DNA of 58,242 nt, from positions 1-58,242 of the IMG/VR virus record IMGVR_UViG_3300042557_001822. One strand, given 5' to 3'. The translations under genes and the position numbers were made by a program. The stretch's first letter is position 1; each line of letters starts with the position of its first letter. The stretch comes from a virus. Lineage: Duplodnaviria > Caudoviricetes. A model generated the notes under the pieces. The model ran no database searches and had not been told where the DNA came from. It saw only the letters and a program-made list of their open reading frames with translations. Positions 1 through 10,054 of this stretch are shown here, in pieces.

Positions 1-536
1 TAATTTTTAAGCTCATTATTTCCTTCAAACCAATAAAAAACTAAGTTCATAATATCAATTACATCTCTTGGATAAAATAAAGATGATCGTCCCTCTTTAT
101 TAAGATTATTATATTTTGTACTTAATTTTTCTATAATACGCAAATCAAATCTGTTAATATTATATCCAGCAGCGATTGGTGCTGAGAAACAGGATTTTTT
201 ACTGTGACTACGAATATGATACATATCTAAATAAGATACGAACATTCCCCAGCCATGTTCTTGTTTTTGATAAGTTTTCCAAGACTCTAAAATACTTTCT
301 TTTGTAGAGCCTCTAACCTTAGCATGAAAATCTAATACATCCGAATCTTCATATGAATATTCAGGATTATTTTCTATTGCTAATGGTTTAACATTAATAT
401 TGAATTCTGAATTTTTAATGATTTCCAATTTGAATGGATCTACCATAACCGCAGCTATTTGCACAGGACTGCACAAATCTGGATTAGCACCATCTGTTTC
501 CAAATCGAAAACGCAAATTTTTTGTGTATTAGCCAT
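1..536 (-). CDS. DEDDh 3'-5' exonuclease (DnaQ/Pol III epsilon-like), runs off window start
   Basis: Not in ORF track. Manual translation from ATG at 536: MANTQKICVFDLETDG (ExoI DxE) ... AGYNINRFDLRII (ExoII); open to position 1. Confidence 0.85.
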   Translation of the reverse strand, partial: MANTQKICVFDLETDGANPDLCSPVQIAAVMVDPFKLEIIKNSEFNINVKPLAIENNPEYSYEDSDVLDFHAKVRGSTKESILESWKTYQKQEHGWGMFVSYLDMYHIRSHSKKSCFSAPIAAGYNINRFDLRIIEKLSTKYNNLNKEGRSSLFYPRDVIDIMNLVFYWFEGNNELKN

Positions 537-708
537 TTACCACTACTACTGTGTCGCCAGGAAAGTGTCCTTTTTGAGAAGCATCGGCGGTTGCATAACA
601 ATTAACTGATCTGCAACAGCTAACTCTAACTTCATCTGATTTAATATATTCTGTACCATTAACACTAAATTTTTCACCAACAGCTAAATCCGAAAACTTT
701 TTCTCCAT
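529..708 (-). CDS. small hypothetical protein, 59 aa
   Basis: Manual translation MEKKFSDLAVGEKFSVNGTEYIKSDEVRVSCCRSVNCY...; AAGGAG SD upstream; fills the dnaE-exonuclease gap. Confidence 0.7.
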   Translation of the reverse strand: MEKKFSDLAVGEKFSVNGTEYIKSDEVRVSCCRSVNCYATADASQKGHFPGDTVVVVNG

Positions 709-709
709 T

Positions 710-2581
710 TTATTCTCCTTTTGATAAAATTTCTGATATTGTCATGATTTTGTCTAACATAGCAACTCCCAAAATATCAAATTTAATCAGACCCAAACTT
801 TCTAAGTCTTGCATTTCCATACCAGCGATGGATTGCTTGTTCTTATTATCATAAACCATAGGACATACACTGCCAAGGCTTTTGCTACTAATTACTACAC
901 CGGCCGCGTGTTTAGATTGATTAGATTTTGTTCCTTCTAGTCTAATAGCCTGCTCGAATCTTTTTGCCAGCGGTCCAGCCAATGAACCGTCGCTAGATAT
1001 ATAGCACCATTCTTTGAGTTTGTCAACATTATTTTCTAACGCCCAACGAATAATTGAAGCTTCTCCAGTATCTTCTTTCATTTCTTGTAGTTCGTCTGCA
1101 ATTTTGGCCTCATCTGGTATAAACTTGGTTATACGGTTTGTCTCTTCAAAAGAAATATTATCATATACTCTCAATACTTCTTTTAAGGCACCACGACCTT
1201 TCATAGTATTAAAAGTGATCATTTGACTAACTTTATCTATACCATATTTATTCTTAATATACTCTATAATTTGTTCTCTTTTTGTAATAGGAACGTCAAC
1301 ATCAATATCTGGCATGGAGATATGATCTGCTGTATTACGACCCTCATTATAAAATCTTTCAAAGAGTAAATCATATTTCATTGGATCAATTTGAGTAATG
1401 CCAATTAAATAGGAAACCAGACACCCTGCCGCACTTCCTCTTCCTGGCCCTGGAAGCCATCCACTTTTCTTGACATAATTTACAATATCTTGCACTATAA
1501 GAAAGTAACTAGATAAACCAGCTTTCTGTAAAATATCTAATTCTAATTTTACTCTATCTGCATATTTTGTATGTTCAGATTCTGGAACATCTTTCATAAT
1601 CTTTTCTCTCCAGCCATCTCTACATAATTGTCTGAGATATTCTTCTGGATTGGAATTATTTGGACATTCAAAAGCAGGAAGTAGTGGTTTACTAAGAATA
1701 GAATACTCTTCACACATTGAATCAACGTATAAAGTATTTTCAATTTCTTCCTTAGTATGCCATTCTATCATTTCTTCTGGATCTGGAATATGATAATTAT
1801 CTGATTTGAAGAAGCAACTCATTGGAACATCCTCATTAGCCAAGAGTTTCTTATTTATGTCTATCAAAGTTGTCTTAAGATTATTACATAATAAAATCCT
1901 TTGATCAATAGCGTCTTTTCTTTCACAATAATGAGCATCTGGGGTAGCTATTATTTTAGTTTTAGTCTTAACAGATAATTGTCTCATTATATCTGTCATT
2001 TCTTTTTGTTTAGGATTCAGTTCGTGATCCATAAGTTGAGCTTCTAGAAAGAAATTATCTTTGCCAAATATCTCTTTCATATAGTCTATAAAGGATACTG
2101 CTTTGTCAGTATAGTTATCAGGATTTTCCTCAACCAAGTCTGATATACTTGATCCTAAATGACCACAAAACCCTATAATATTTCCATCTAATATAGGGGC
2201 CAATCTATCAAAACTAATTCTAGGCTTATGATAGAAGTTATCTATTCTGTTCGTTTCAGATATTATTTTTATAAGAGTATTCCATCCTGCTAGGTTTTTA
2301 GCAAGAACTAGAAAGTGACTAAGATTATTATTTTCTTTTTCTTTAATAAATGAATCATTTTTAGATATATAGAGTTCACAACCCAATATTGGTTTAATCT
2401 TTTTGGCCTTCATTGCCCGATAAAACTGAACACACCCGGAAATAGTTCCATGATCGGTTATTGCACAGGTTTTAATTCCAGCATTAAAACATCTTTCGGC
2501 TATTTGACTGGGCTTGCTTAATCCATCCAATAAACTATAGTGAGAATGTGCGTGTAAAACAGAATAAGTTTTTTGTTTCAT
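710..2581 (-). CDS. dnaE: DNA polymerase III alpha (C-family), N-terminal part: PHP + palm + thumb
   Basis: HAHSHYSLLDG, TDHG, DAHY (PHP); GPGRGSAAG, LLFERF, PDIDVD, HAAGVVI, KFDILG; only 623 aa. Confidence 0.93.
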   Translation of the reverse strand: MKQKTYSVLHAHSHYSLLDGLSKPSQIAERCFNAGIKTCAITDHGTISGCVQFYRAMKAKKIKPILGCELYISKNDSFIKEKENNNLSHFLVLAKNLAGWNTLIKIISETNRIDNFYHKPRISFDRLAPILDGNIIGFCGHLGSSISDLVEENPDNYTDKAVSFIDYMKEIFGKDNFFLEAQLMDHELNPKQKEMTDIMRQLSVKTKTKIIATPDAHYCERKDAIDQRILLCNNLKTTLIDINKKLLANEDVPMSCFFKSDNYHIPDPEEMIEWHTKEEIENTLYVDSMCEEYSILSKPLLPAFECPNNSNPEEYLRQLCRDGWREKIMKDVPESEHTKYADRVKLELDILQKAGLSSYFLIVQDIVNYVKKSGWLPGPGRGSAAGCLVSYLIGITQIDPMKYDLLFERFYNEGRNTADHISMPDIDVDVPITKREQIIEYIKNKYGIDKVSQMITFNTMKGRGALKEVLRVYDNISFEETNRITKFIPDEAKIADELQEMKEDTGEASIIRWALENNVDKLKEWCYISSDGSLAGPLAKRFEQAIRLEGTKSNQSKHAAGVVISSKSLGSVCPMVYDNKNKQSIAGMEMQDLESLGLIKFDILGVAMLDKIMTISEILSKGE

Positions 2582-3618
2582 AGCGATCCTGGCGCCTTGT
2601 AACTTCCAAATGAGTGATTTTTATTTTTGTATAAACCCATTGTAGTGTCGATACCATAAAGGTCAAGATCATGTTTTATTTGTTCGCACTTTGTCATTGT
2701 TTGACCAATTTTGCATACTTGTCCATCTCTATATTCTTCTATTGGTTCTATATGCGTTCCTTCAAATGTCGTTTTGCCAAAATGACATAATTTATTACAC
2801 ATCCAACTTTTATTAAGTCGTGGCTTTTTCGTGCTCCTAACTGCTTCAAATTTTTGTCTTAACATATCCTCAGTAGAACTAAGATCAGAATCATGAAAGC
2901 ATATAGAAAATGGACCACCGTCATTAATAAAATATATTGAAAATATTATATTTTTAATATGAGGATACAAATGTTTGATTGCATAATGATATATTTTTAA
3001 TTGAGGGTCTTTTTCTAGTTTTTCTTGTGTCTTTTCCTCTCCTGTCGCCCAATCTAATCTGCGACCAGTTTTCCAATCTATAATTTCTATAGTAGAATCA
3101 TTCACTAGTGTTATTAAGTCAATAGTTCCTTTTAAAGCTAAATTTCCTTCTAATTTTTCTCCATTGATATCATAACTATATTTAGCCCAAGATTTTTTAA
3201 TTTCGAAATCAAAATGCTGTTCGGGGCATAGTATGTTTCGATTTCTTGGATCAAACATTCCATTATTAAATTCTATAGCTTTATAAACCCAATTTTTACA
3301 ATCTTTATGGTCTTTTGGTGACCACTTGTGATGTTGTGCATTAGATGTGTAGTATGAGTAAACTTGATCTATTATATTGTCTAAATCATACTTATGAACA
3401 TTAACTTCTCCGATCAAATCATCAGTAATCAGATCTTTTTTATCTTGTTGTGCTTTTTTAATAACAGCTAATATTTCTAATACTTTATGTGTGATAGTTC
3501 CTTTATCTGCTTTTTGTCCAGACAATCCTCGCCAGCCCAAAACGTACTCACCAAAATACTGCTGTTCGCACATATTGTGAGTATTATAGGAGCTGCTTCT
3601 AAAGTATGTAATAATCAT
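2578..3618 (-). CDS. PD-(D/E)XK nuclease, Cas4/RecB/AddB-like
   Basis: GTIDL...IIDWKTG, QLKIY; N-terminal Cys plus C-terminal CNKLC. Confidence 0.8.
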   Translation of the reverse strand: MIITYFRSSSYNTHNMCEQQYFGEYVLGWRGLSGQKADKGTITHKVLEILAVIKKAQQDKKDLITDDLIGEVNVHKYDLDNIIDQVYSYYTSNAQHHKWSPKDHKDCKNWVYKAIEFNNGMFDPRNRNILCPEQHFDFEIKKSWAKYSYDINGEKLEGNLALKGTIDLITLVNDSTIEIIDWKTGRRLDWATGEEKTQEKLEKDPQLKIYHYAIKHLYPHIKNIIFSIYFINDGGPFSICFHDSDLSSTEDMLRQKFEAVRSTKKPRLNKSWMCNKLCHFGKTTFEGTHIEPIEEYRDGQVCKIGQTMTKCEQIKHDLDLYGIDTTMGLYKNKNHSFGSYKAPGSL

Positions 3619-4373
3619 AGGTTTAATAGTTTTTCTAAAATAGTTTTAAGTTCAGAGAATTGATCATATAAATTATGATTATCATTATTGATTATATAAT
3701 CAAAATTATTCCAATCATAGCTTTCTTTGTCCAACACTGTCTCACTAATATGATCAGATAAAAATGGACTTCTGGTCAACCTCAATACTTTGCCACCAAT
3801 ATTTTTTATTGCTTCTACTTCGTTGGGAAATCTGCAGTCTGTTATAATTGCTAATTCAGGACCTTCTTTAAGGATTTTATTAATAGTTGACTTTACCCAA
3901 ACATCGGTATCCATCTTTCTAAATATGTCAGTACCTACATATTGCATAACTTCTCTAGCTGTCATAAATTTATTAGATTTATCATTGTTTTGTTCCGATG
4001 GCCACTTAACAGATGTTAATTCGTTTTTATTCTCATCTGATCCATAACACTGATCATAAGTCAAGCCCAATATATTCATGCATATGTCTGTTTTTAATAT
4101 ATCAGCAAAATTATAGATTTTTATTTCATTCTGTAATTTTTCTAAAAACAATAAAATATCATTAGAAATTATTTCTCTTGATAATATAGATTGTATAGAA
4201 AAAATACCTTCGTATGATTTGTCACCACACAAATCTGATATTAGTATATTTCCATCATCATCTATATAAAGTTTTTCGCTCGCATTTAGCTTAGCAAGAT
4301 ATAATGATAGAATAAAATTCCCTGCTGTGGTTTTACCCGATTGCTTTTTGCCAGATATGCCTAAGACTAACAT
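3615..4373 (-). CDS. deoxynucleoside monophosphate kinase (T4 gp1-like)
   Basis: GKKQSGKT P-loop, FADILK, REVMQYVGTD, ITDCRFPNE. Confidence 0.85.
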   Translation of the reverse strand: MLVLGISGKKQSGKTTAGNFILSLYLAKLNASEKLYIDDDGNILISDLCGDKSYEGIFSIQSILSREIISNDILLFLEKLQNEIKIYNFADILKTDICMNILGLTYDQCYGSDENKNELTSVKWPSEQNNDKSNKFMTAREVMQYVGTDIFRKMDTDVWVKSTINKILKEGPELAIITDCRFPNEVEAIKNIGGKVLRLTRSPFLSDHISETVLDKESYDWNNFDYIINNDNHNLYDQFSELKTILEKLLNL

Positions 4374-5545
4374 AATTCGTATTCCTTTATCTGTGGAGAT
4401 ATTTTTGTTACTATATCATCAATGCTCATTTCTGCAATATCATTGGCATTAATTTCGATGTGTTTTATATTATATATTCTTCCGCATTTATCTTCAATTT
4501 GTTTTGCTGCATCCTTGCCAGCTTTATCATTGTCCATAATAGTTATAATATTCATAGCTCCGGATATGTCTAACAAAGCCTTTTGCTTATATCCAAGCGA
4601 AGAACCAAATATGGCTACACTGTTATGAATTCCTGCCTCCTCTAATCTCCAAACATTGCCTGGGCTTTCTACTATAACTACGGTTTTAGATGCTAAGATA
4701 TATTTTTTAGCAAACCAATAATTATACAGATGCTCTTGCGTTTTAAAGTTTTTGCTATGTCTCCATTTGGAGCTAAGCCATTTTTCATTATCGTTAGGAC
4801 ATTTATCATTCATGTTATGAAAAGCATTACAACTTAAACATTTATCATGTATACTTCTTCCAGTACATCCTATCATTCCTCTCATATTTTGATCATATAC
4901 AGGAACAACAGCTCTATTATTCATTTCTTTTGATGAATTGATACAGTCTCCTACGTCGTATTTTATTAATATCTCTTTAGAAAATCCTCTATCTAAGAAG
5001 TATTGTGATGGTATATCTAGTGCTTTAATCACCAAGTTTCTTGGGACTACAACTTCATTTGGCTTATCACTAACATCTATAGAAATATTTTTTACAGTAT
5101 TAACAAATGTATTTTTTTCTTTTACTTTTCTTGTTTGTTTATCATTTACCGGATCATGATTAGAAAATTGAATAGCAAAGTCTATAGCATCTTTAAAAGA
5201 TACCATATCATCACCTTCTTTATTCCATCCATTGTCTTTAGACAAGCATCCTCTTATAAAGCCGATAATTGATGATTTAAAAATGTTTTCACACTGATGA
5301 GTTCTACATTTCCAATTGCCTCTATATGAATCTCCCTTATAATATAAATTCAATGCAGAATCATTATCTCCTCCATGAATTGGGCAACTCATGGTGACCA
5401 TTTTATCAAATACTTTATATGATTCTATACCTAAAGAATTTAATAAATTCTCTATATCATCACACACTAAGTCTGACAAATTCTTAAGTTGATATTGATC
5501 ATACGAATGGTATGTCTTGTTCTTCTTCATCTTCATTATTGTCAT
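4367..5545 (-). CDS. DNA primase (DnaG-like, Zn finger + TOPRIM)
   Basis: CPIH...C Zn-binding motif; VIVES; MDNDKAG; adjacent to helicase. Confidence 0.85.
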   Translation of the reverse strand: MTIMKMKKNKTYHSYDQYQLKNLSDLVCDDIENLLNSLGIESYKVFDKMVTMSCPIHGGDNDSALNLYYKGDSYRGNWKCRTHQCENIFKSSIIGFIRGCLSKDNGWNKEGDDMVSFKDAIDFAIQFSNHDPVNDKQTRKVKEKNTFVNTVKNISIDVSDKPNEVVVPRNLVIKALDIPSQYFLDRGFSKEILIKYDVGDCINSSKEMNNRAVVPVYDQNMRGMIGCTGRSIHDKCLSCNAFHNMNDKCPNDNEKWLSSKWRHSKNFKTQEHLYNYWFAKKYILASKTVVIVESPGNVWRLEEAGIHNSVAIFGSSLGYKQKALLDISGAMNIITIMDNDKAGKDAAKQIEDKCGRIYNIKHIEINANDIAEMSIDDIVTKISPQIKEYELC

Positions 5546-6971
5546 TGATTATAAATCCACCTTTTTGCTTTTTTGATCCATGTAATAATTCTAATCTTGT
5601 TTGTCCTTCTGTTATTTTAGCACACCAGCCCTTCATATGACAATTAATATAATCATTGTCATCTAATCCTCCTCCGTGGCGGCTGATTAATGGAACTAGT
5701 TTACGATTACCGGCATCAGAACCATCCTCTGCTATTTCTTCGTCTGATTTTCTTTTAAATATTGTAAAATTACTACATAGCCAAATAATTCTATCTGATC
5801 CGCTTGCGGTGTCAGTACTTTCTTTTGTTATGCCGTCTCTATTTAATTGTATAAAGGACAATATTGGAACTTTATATTGTATAGCAAAATTATGTAAACT
5901 TGTCATCATAAAACCAAGAACCTGATATTCTTTCATATCTTGACTTATGCCGGTACTGTCCATTAGTTTTAAGTAATCATAGATAATAACACAGTCCTTT
6001 GCTGTACCATCATCATTAAGTCCAACTTCTTTAGATATCCATCTTCGCATGATAGACAGTTGTTCATCAAATGGTTTACCAGCTATGCTTTTGTGATAGA
6101 GTTTACTATTTTTAAGTTCGTCTATGGCCTGCTTTATTTTGTTTGCAGAATTTGGGGTGTCCGTGAACTTTCCTGTTTCTATTTTTGATATTTCTATTTC
6201 TGATGACATAGCCAAAATTCTATGGATATGATCCTCTTTAGTCATTTCTGTATCCATATTTAATACAGGAATTTGTAACTTACTAGCAATATGGTATCCA
6301 ATATTATCAGACAATAGAGTTTTTCCTACTTTTGGTCGTGCTGCTATAACATTGACCGTCCCTTTTCTTAAACCTCCTCCTATCGCCTGATCATACACTG
6401 GAAATCCGGTAGGTATTCCTATTTGATCTACTTTATTAGTTTGTAGAAATTCTATATAGTTATCTATACTTTCTGCTATAAACTTAGGAGCAGAATCACT
6501 TTCTGCAGATAAAGCATTTGTGAAATTAAATATTTTTTCTTCAGCAATACCCAAGATGGCAGATATTGATTCTGAACCTGTAACGTCTAATAGCTTCTCT
6601 TGTACATCGTCCATTGCCTTGTGTAAGAGTCGAGCTATCTCTAGTTTTTTAATCTTGGATGCAAATTTTCTAATATTTTCTAAATGAACAGGAAAATCAA
6701 AAATAGCTTTTAAGTGTTGAGTTTCTTCTTTTTTAGATAATATATGTGATAAATTAAGTTCTTGAGCAGAAGAATATACTGATGCAAGATCAATATTTGG
6801 CTTTGACTCTTTTTCACAAATGTTTTTTAAACACTTAAATATTATTTGATTGCTGTCAATTGTAAAAGAAGATTCCTGGATAATATCCGCAATATCCAAA
6901 TAGGCATCCTCTCCATACTTCAAAATTCCGCTTAATATAGCACGTTCAGCGGATGGGTCACATAAAATCAT
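5499..6971 (-). CDS. dnaB: replicative DNA helicase
   Basis: AERAILS, GIPTGF, ARPKVGKT, IIYDYL, QLNR. Confidence 0.92.
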   Translation of the reverse strand: MILCDPSAERAILSGILKYGEDAYLDIADIIQESSFTIDSNQIIFKCLKNICEKESKPNIDLASVYSSAQELNLSHILSKKEETQHLKAIFDFPVHLENIRKFASKIKKLEIARLLHKAMDDVQEKLLDVTGSESISAILGIAEEKIFNFTNALSAESDSAPKFIAESIDNYIEFLQTNKVDQIGIPTGFPVYDQAIGGGLRKGTVNVIAARPKVGKTLLSDNIGYHIASKLQIPVLNMDTEMTKEDHIHRILAMSSEIEISKIETGKFTDTPNSANKIKQAIDELKNSKLYHKSIAGKPFDEQLSIMRRWISKEVGLNDDGTAKDCVIIYDYLKLMDSTGISQDMKEYQVLGFMMTSLHNFAIQYKVPILSFIQLNRDGITKESTDTASGSDRIIWLCSNFTIFKRKSDEEIAEDGSDAGNRKLVPLISRHGGGLDDNDYINCHMKGWCAKITEGQTRLELLHGSKKQKGGFIINDNNEDEEEQDIPFV

Positions 6972-6974
6972 ATT

Positions 6975-7412
6975 TTATCCAGAATGTGTTGAGCAATTAT
7001 TACATTTATATCTAGAAGGAACATCGAAAAGCAGAGTAGGTGGAACACTTTCTTTTTTACCGCAAACTCTACAAACTACATCAATAAATTCAAAGTCTCT
7101 CATTCTCGCTACAGGAGGATGTTTTGATAGTTTTTTATCAACTACACAATCATCTTTATGCATTCTAAATTCAGACATTTTTTCAAATTTATTTATATTG
7201 TCTGTTGTTATTTTTTTAGTTTGTTTGGTTTTTATTGAATTATTAGTTCCTACTTTTTGACGACCCTTCGTCTTTATAGTAGGAGACTCCTTTGCTGGTG
7301 CCACGTCTTGTTTTTGTTCAGTTTCTTTAGGAGTCTGATCAACAAGACTTTGTAAAATCGATATTAAAGCTTTAAGTTGTTCTGGGTCTTTTAATAAATC
7401 ATTTGGGTCCAT
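6975..7412 (-). CDS. hypothetical protein with C-terminal Zn ribbon
   Basis: CRVC...CNNC. Confidence 0.65.
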   Translation of the reverse strand: MDPNDLLKDPEQLKALISILQSLVDQTPKETEQKQDVAPAKESPTIKTKGRQKVGTNNSIKTKQTKKITTDNINKFEKMSEFRMHKDDCVVDKKLSKHPPVARMRDFEFIDVVCRVCGKKESVPPTLLFDVPSRYKCNNCSTHSG

Positions 7413-7896
7413 GTTGCACCTTAGTTTTTTGAATTGCCATCATAATATCTGATAGATTTTTAATACTGTTAGCCAAATAACTTAATCTATCTATTCTTTG
7501 TTTAGCATACTTTCTAATTTGATTCAGGCTATTTGCTTTTTCGTTATGTTTTATTGCTTGCAAAGACTTTTCAATAAAGCCATATCCTTTATAATTATTT
7601 ATTTCGTCTGCTATTGCTTCTTTAATACTTTCTTCTGACCAATTATGTCTAGCAATTTCTCTATTAATTGTTCGTTGAACATGAAATGCAAACTGTGCCA
7701 ATCTGTAAGAAATTTGAGCACAATCTTCTGGAGAAATCTTTTCTATTTCATCCCTGGTCATACTAAGATATGTATTAATCTCTTGCTCAGACACTCCATA
7801 TTGTGCCGAATATTTTGGTAAAGAAAGCGTGGACTCATATTCGTCAAGAATAGTATCCCAGTGCTGTAAATCTTCTTTAGCTGTTCTTGTTGTCAT
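7399..7896 (-). CDS. hypothetical helical protein
   Basis: Operonic ORF near recA; no motif recognised. Confidence 0.6.
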   Translation of the reverse strand: MTTRTAKEDLQHWDTILDEYESTLSLPKYSAQYGVSEQEINTYLSMTRDEIEKISPEDCAQISYRLAQFAFHVQRTINREIARHNWSEESIKEAIADEINNYKGYGFIEKSLQAIKHNEKANSLNQIRKYAKQRIDRLSYLANSIKNLSDIMMAIQKTKVQHGPK

Positions 7897-8296
7897 AGAT
7901 TATTAATGTCCTCCATTTGTCTAGACTTTCGAAGTGAGGTAATACCACATGAGTAATTCCGTTTATTTCACACCATTCTTTTTTCTCTGCATCTCTTTTT
8001 TGTGCTTTCAAAAAATTCATTCTGTTTGAATGATAAAATGGTATAAATTTATAGTGCTGTTCACCATGAACTTCTATTGCTTTTTTTATTAATGGTAGAT
8101 AAAAATCTAAATATAAAGTTTCTGATTTTCTTAATGGTATCGGAACTTCTTCTAGAATTTGTAATGTTGGAAAAATTTCTGTCAATACTTTTCTGGTTCC
8201 AAGATGAAAAGACGATTTTTCCTTTATTCTGCCTTTAGCTATATGTCCTGTTAGATTCCAATTTATAGTATTACCATTAAGATCTCTGACTATCAT
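7877..8296 (-). CDS. DUF559/Vsr-like endonuclease
   Basis: LYLDFYLP...AIEVHGEQHY...RDAEKKEWC. Confidence 0.75.
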   Translation of the reverse strand: MIVRDLNGNTINWNLTGHIAKGRIKEKSSFHLGTRKVLTEIFPTLQILEEVPIPLRKSETLYLDFYLPLIKKAIEVHGEQHYKFIPFYHSNRMNFLKAQKRDAEKKEWCEINGITHVVLPHFESLDKWRTLIIYDNKNS

Positions 8297-9318
8297 TTTT
8301 TTATACCTAAAACTTCTTTAACTGATGTTTCTATAGTCTCGTATGCTTTAGCATTTTCTAGTAAGAAATTTCGTACTTTTTCTGTCCCTTGAAATTTGGG
8401 TTTATCTTCTAACGTTGTTATAGTATACCAAGCCCCTCCTTTGCTAATAATTCCAACATCAGATGCTAAATTGATCAATTCTGTACATTTGTCGATTCCT
8501 TGACCATAACGGATATAGCTAGTAGTTACTCCACCAGGAGGCCCAAGTGCCGAGCAGACCACCTGCCATTCGATTTCCTGCCCTATTTGAGTATTGTCTG
8601 TTCCAACCACCCAAGGTTTAAATGTTTTAGCCCTGAGCTTTATGTCTGTTTGATAAGCAATAGCTTGGCCGCTTTTTTCTTTAAATTCTGCACCATAGCC
8701 AGTAGGATTTCCCATTAAGTGAGTTATTCCTATTACAATATTTTTATTAACAGGAATAACATTTGCAACTTTACGACAAAATTTAGCTAAAAGTTTTGCT
8801 CCGTCTGCTCTTTGCATTTTGTCCATATCACTGGTAATTTCTGCCTCTGTACACAAAGCAGAATATGAGTCTATGATTAGTACACATCCCGGAATCTCAT
8901 TAATTATTCTTTCTGCTATTTGTAAATACTCTTCTCCATGCAAAATTTTTCCTTGTTGACTACCTATTACATGAAATCTAGAAAGATCCAATCCAGGTAT
9001 TCCTTCTAAATCTCTTTTTTTCAATCGACCTTCAATATTTAGGTAGTACACTTGGCGACCATCCTTAAAAGAACCATGAGCATATTCTGGTTTTTGAGCA
9101 GTTGCTGCAAAGTCTAACGACGATGTGGTTTTACCACATTTTGGTTGTCCTGTTAGGACTACGAAACTGCCTTCTGGAATTCCACCGTTTAAAGCGATAT
9201 CTAATGATGGACTTACCGGAATAGTTAGTACCTTTTTATCTACTAAAGCATTACCAGATAATATAATCTGATCGCCAAATGTTTTAATCACATCTTCTTT
9301 AAGAGTTGTTACCATCAT
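8293..9318 (-). CDS. recA: RecA/UvsX recombinase
   Basis: SLDIALNGGIP, GQPKCGKT, IIDS, SKGGAWY. Confidence 0.88.
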   Translation of the reverse strand: MMVTTLKEDVIKTFGDQIILSGNALVDKKVLTIPVSPSLDIALNGGIPEGSFVVLTGQPKCGKTTSSLDFAATAQKPEYAHGSFKDGRQVYYLNIEGRLKKRDLEGIPGLDLSRFHVIGSQQGKILHGEEYLQIAERIINEIPGCVLIIDSYSALCTEAEITSDMDKMQRADGAKLLAKFCRKVANVIPVNKNIVIGITHLMGNPTGYGAEFKEKSGQAIAYQTDIKLRAKTFKPWVVGTDNTQIGQEIEWQVVCSALGPPGGVTTSYIRYGQGIDKCTELINLASDVGIISKGGAWYTITTLEDKPKFQGTEKVRNFLLENAKAYETIETSVKEVLGIKK

Positions 9319-9721
9319 CTAATTCCTTTAATTTGGAAAGTATATTTTTATTCTGTTGATTTTTATGTCTGAAACTCTTATTCTCTGATCTATTTATATC
9401 TATTTCCAGAGATTTAGATTCATTTTTGACAATCATATCGTGTTTTTCTATTATAGCTATCAGATGAGGCGCTCGCAAAGAATAGATTTTTGTAGCCTTA
9501 TCATCATTTAAAGCTCTAATAATAGATTTAGCATCATATTTTTTTAATAACTTGTTAGCTGTAGCAATTTGGTCTCTATAATATTTTGACCATTCTTTAT
9601 TGATCCAAAATTTATAATGAAGATCTAGCTTATCACATACCGCCTTGTGTTCACATATAAGTTCCGTTATATACTGAGCGGCTGTAACATCTTTACCATT
9701 AGAATACCTTGATGGATACAT
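9299..9721 (-). CDS. hypothetical protein
   Basis: Operonic ORF. Confidence 0.6.
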   Translation of the reverse strand: MYPSRYSNGKDVTAAQYITELICEHKAVCDKLDLHYKFWINKEWSKYYRDQIATANKLLKKYDAKSIIRALNDDKATKIYSLRAPHLIAIIEKHDMIVKNESKSLEIDINRSENKSFRHKNQQNKNILSKLKELDDGNNS

Positions 9722-9724
9722 ATG

Positions 9725-10054
9725 TTATTTTTTAGGTCTAAAAATTCCTCGTTCACTATCTCTACCTTTTGTGACCGGTATTTTCTTTTTTGCTTCATCC
9801 GCTATCTCTGAAGCTTCTTTTGTCATTATAGCTACAGAATTTATTTTTTTACCAGAAGTATGGGTAATCATCAAGTCTTTTGTTTTTGATGGTTGAATAG
9901 CAACGTTCGTCGGTTCTGGTTGAGAATTAGCAGTTATAATAGTGCTTATTTGTGAATGCTTGATATCCAATTCTTTTGATATTTCTTCCACGCTTTTTCC
10001 AGAATGATTTAGCCAATATATTGCATATTTTTGAACTTTAGTAATTCTTGACAT
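9725..10054 (-). CDS. hypothetical protein, possible N-terminal HTH
   Basis: GKSVEEISKELDI; start moved to ATG at 10054. Confidence 0.55.
   Translation of the reverse strand: MSRITKVQKYAIYWLNHSGKSVEEISKELDIKHSQISTIITANSQPEPTNVAIQPSKTKDLMITHTSGKKINSVAIMTKEASEIADEAKKKIPVTKGRDSERGIFRPKK

Noticed and set aside
400-609. Plus-strand 69 aa ORF
   Set aside because: Antisense to the exonuclease and the 59 aa gene; no motif.
2578-3618. Cas4-like nuclease as evidence for CRISPR-Cas
   Set aside because: No array or other cas genes; solo Cas4-like nucleases are common in phage replication modules.
7399-7896. UvsY-like recombination mediator
   Set aside because: Suggested only by size, helicity and position near recA.
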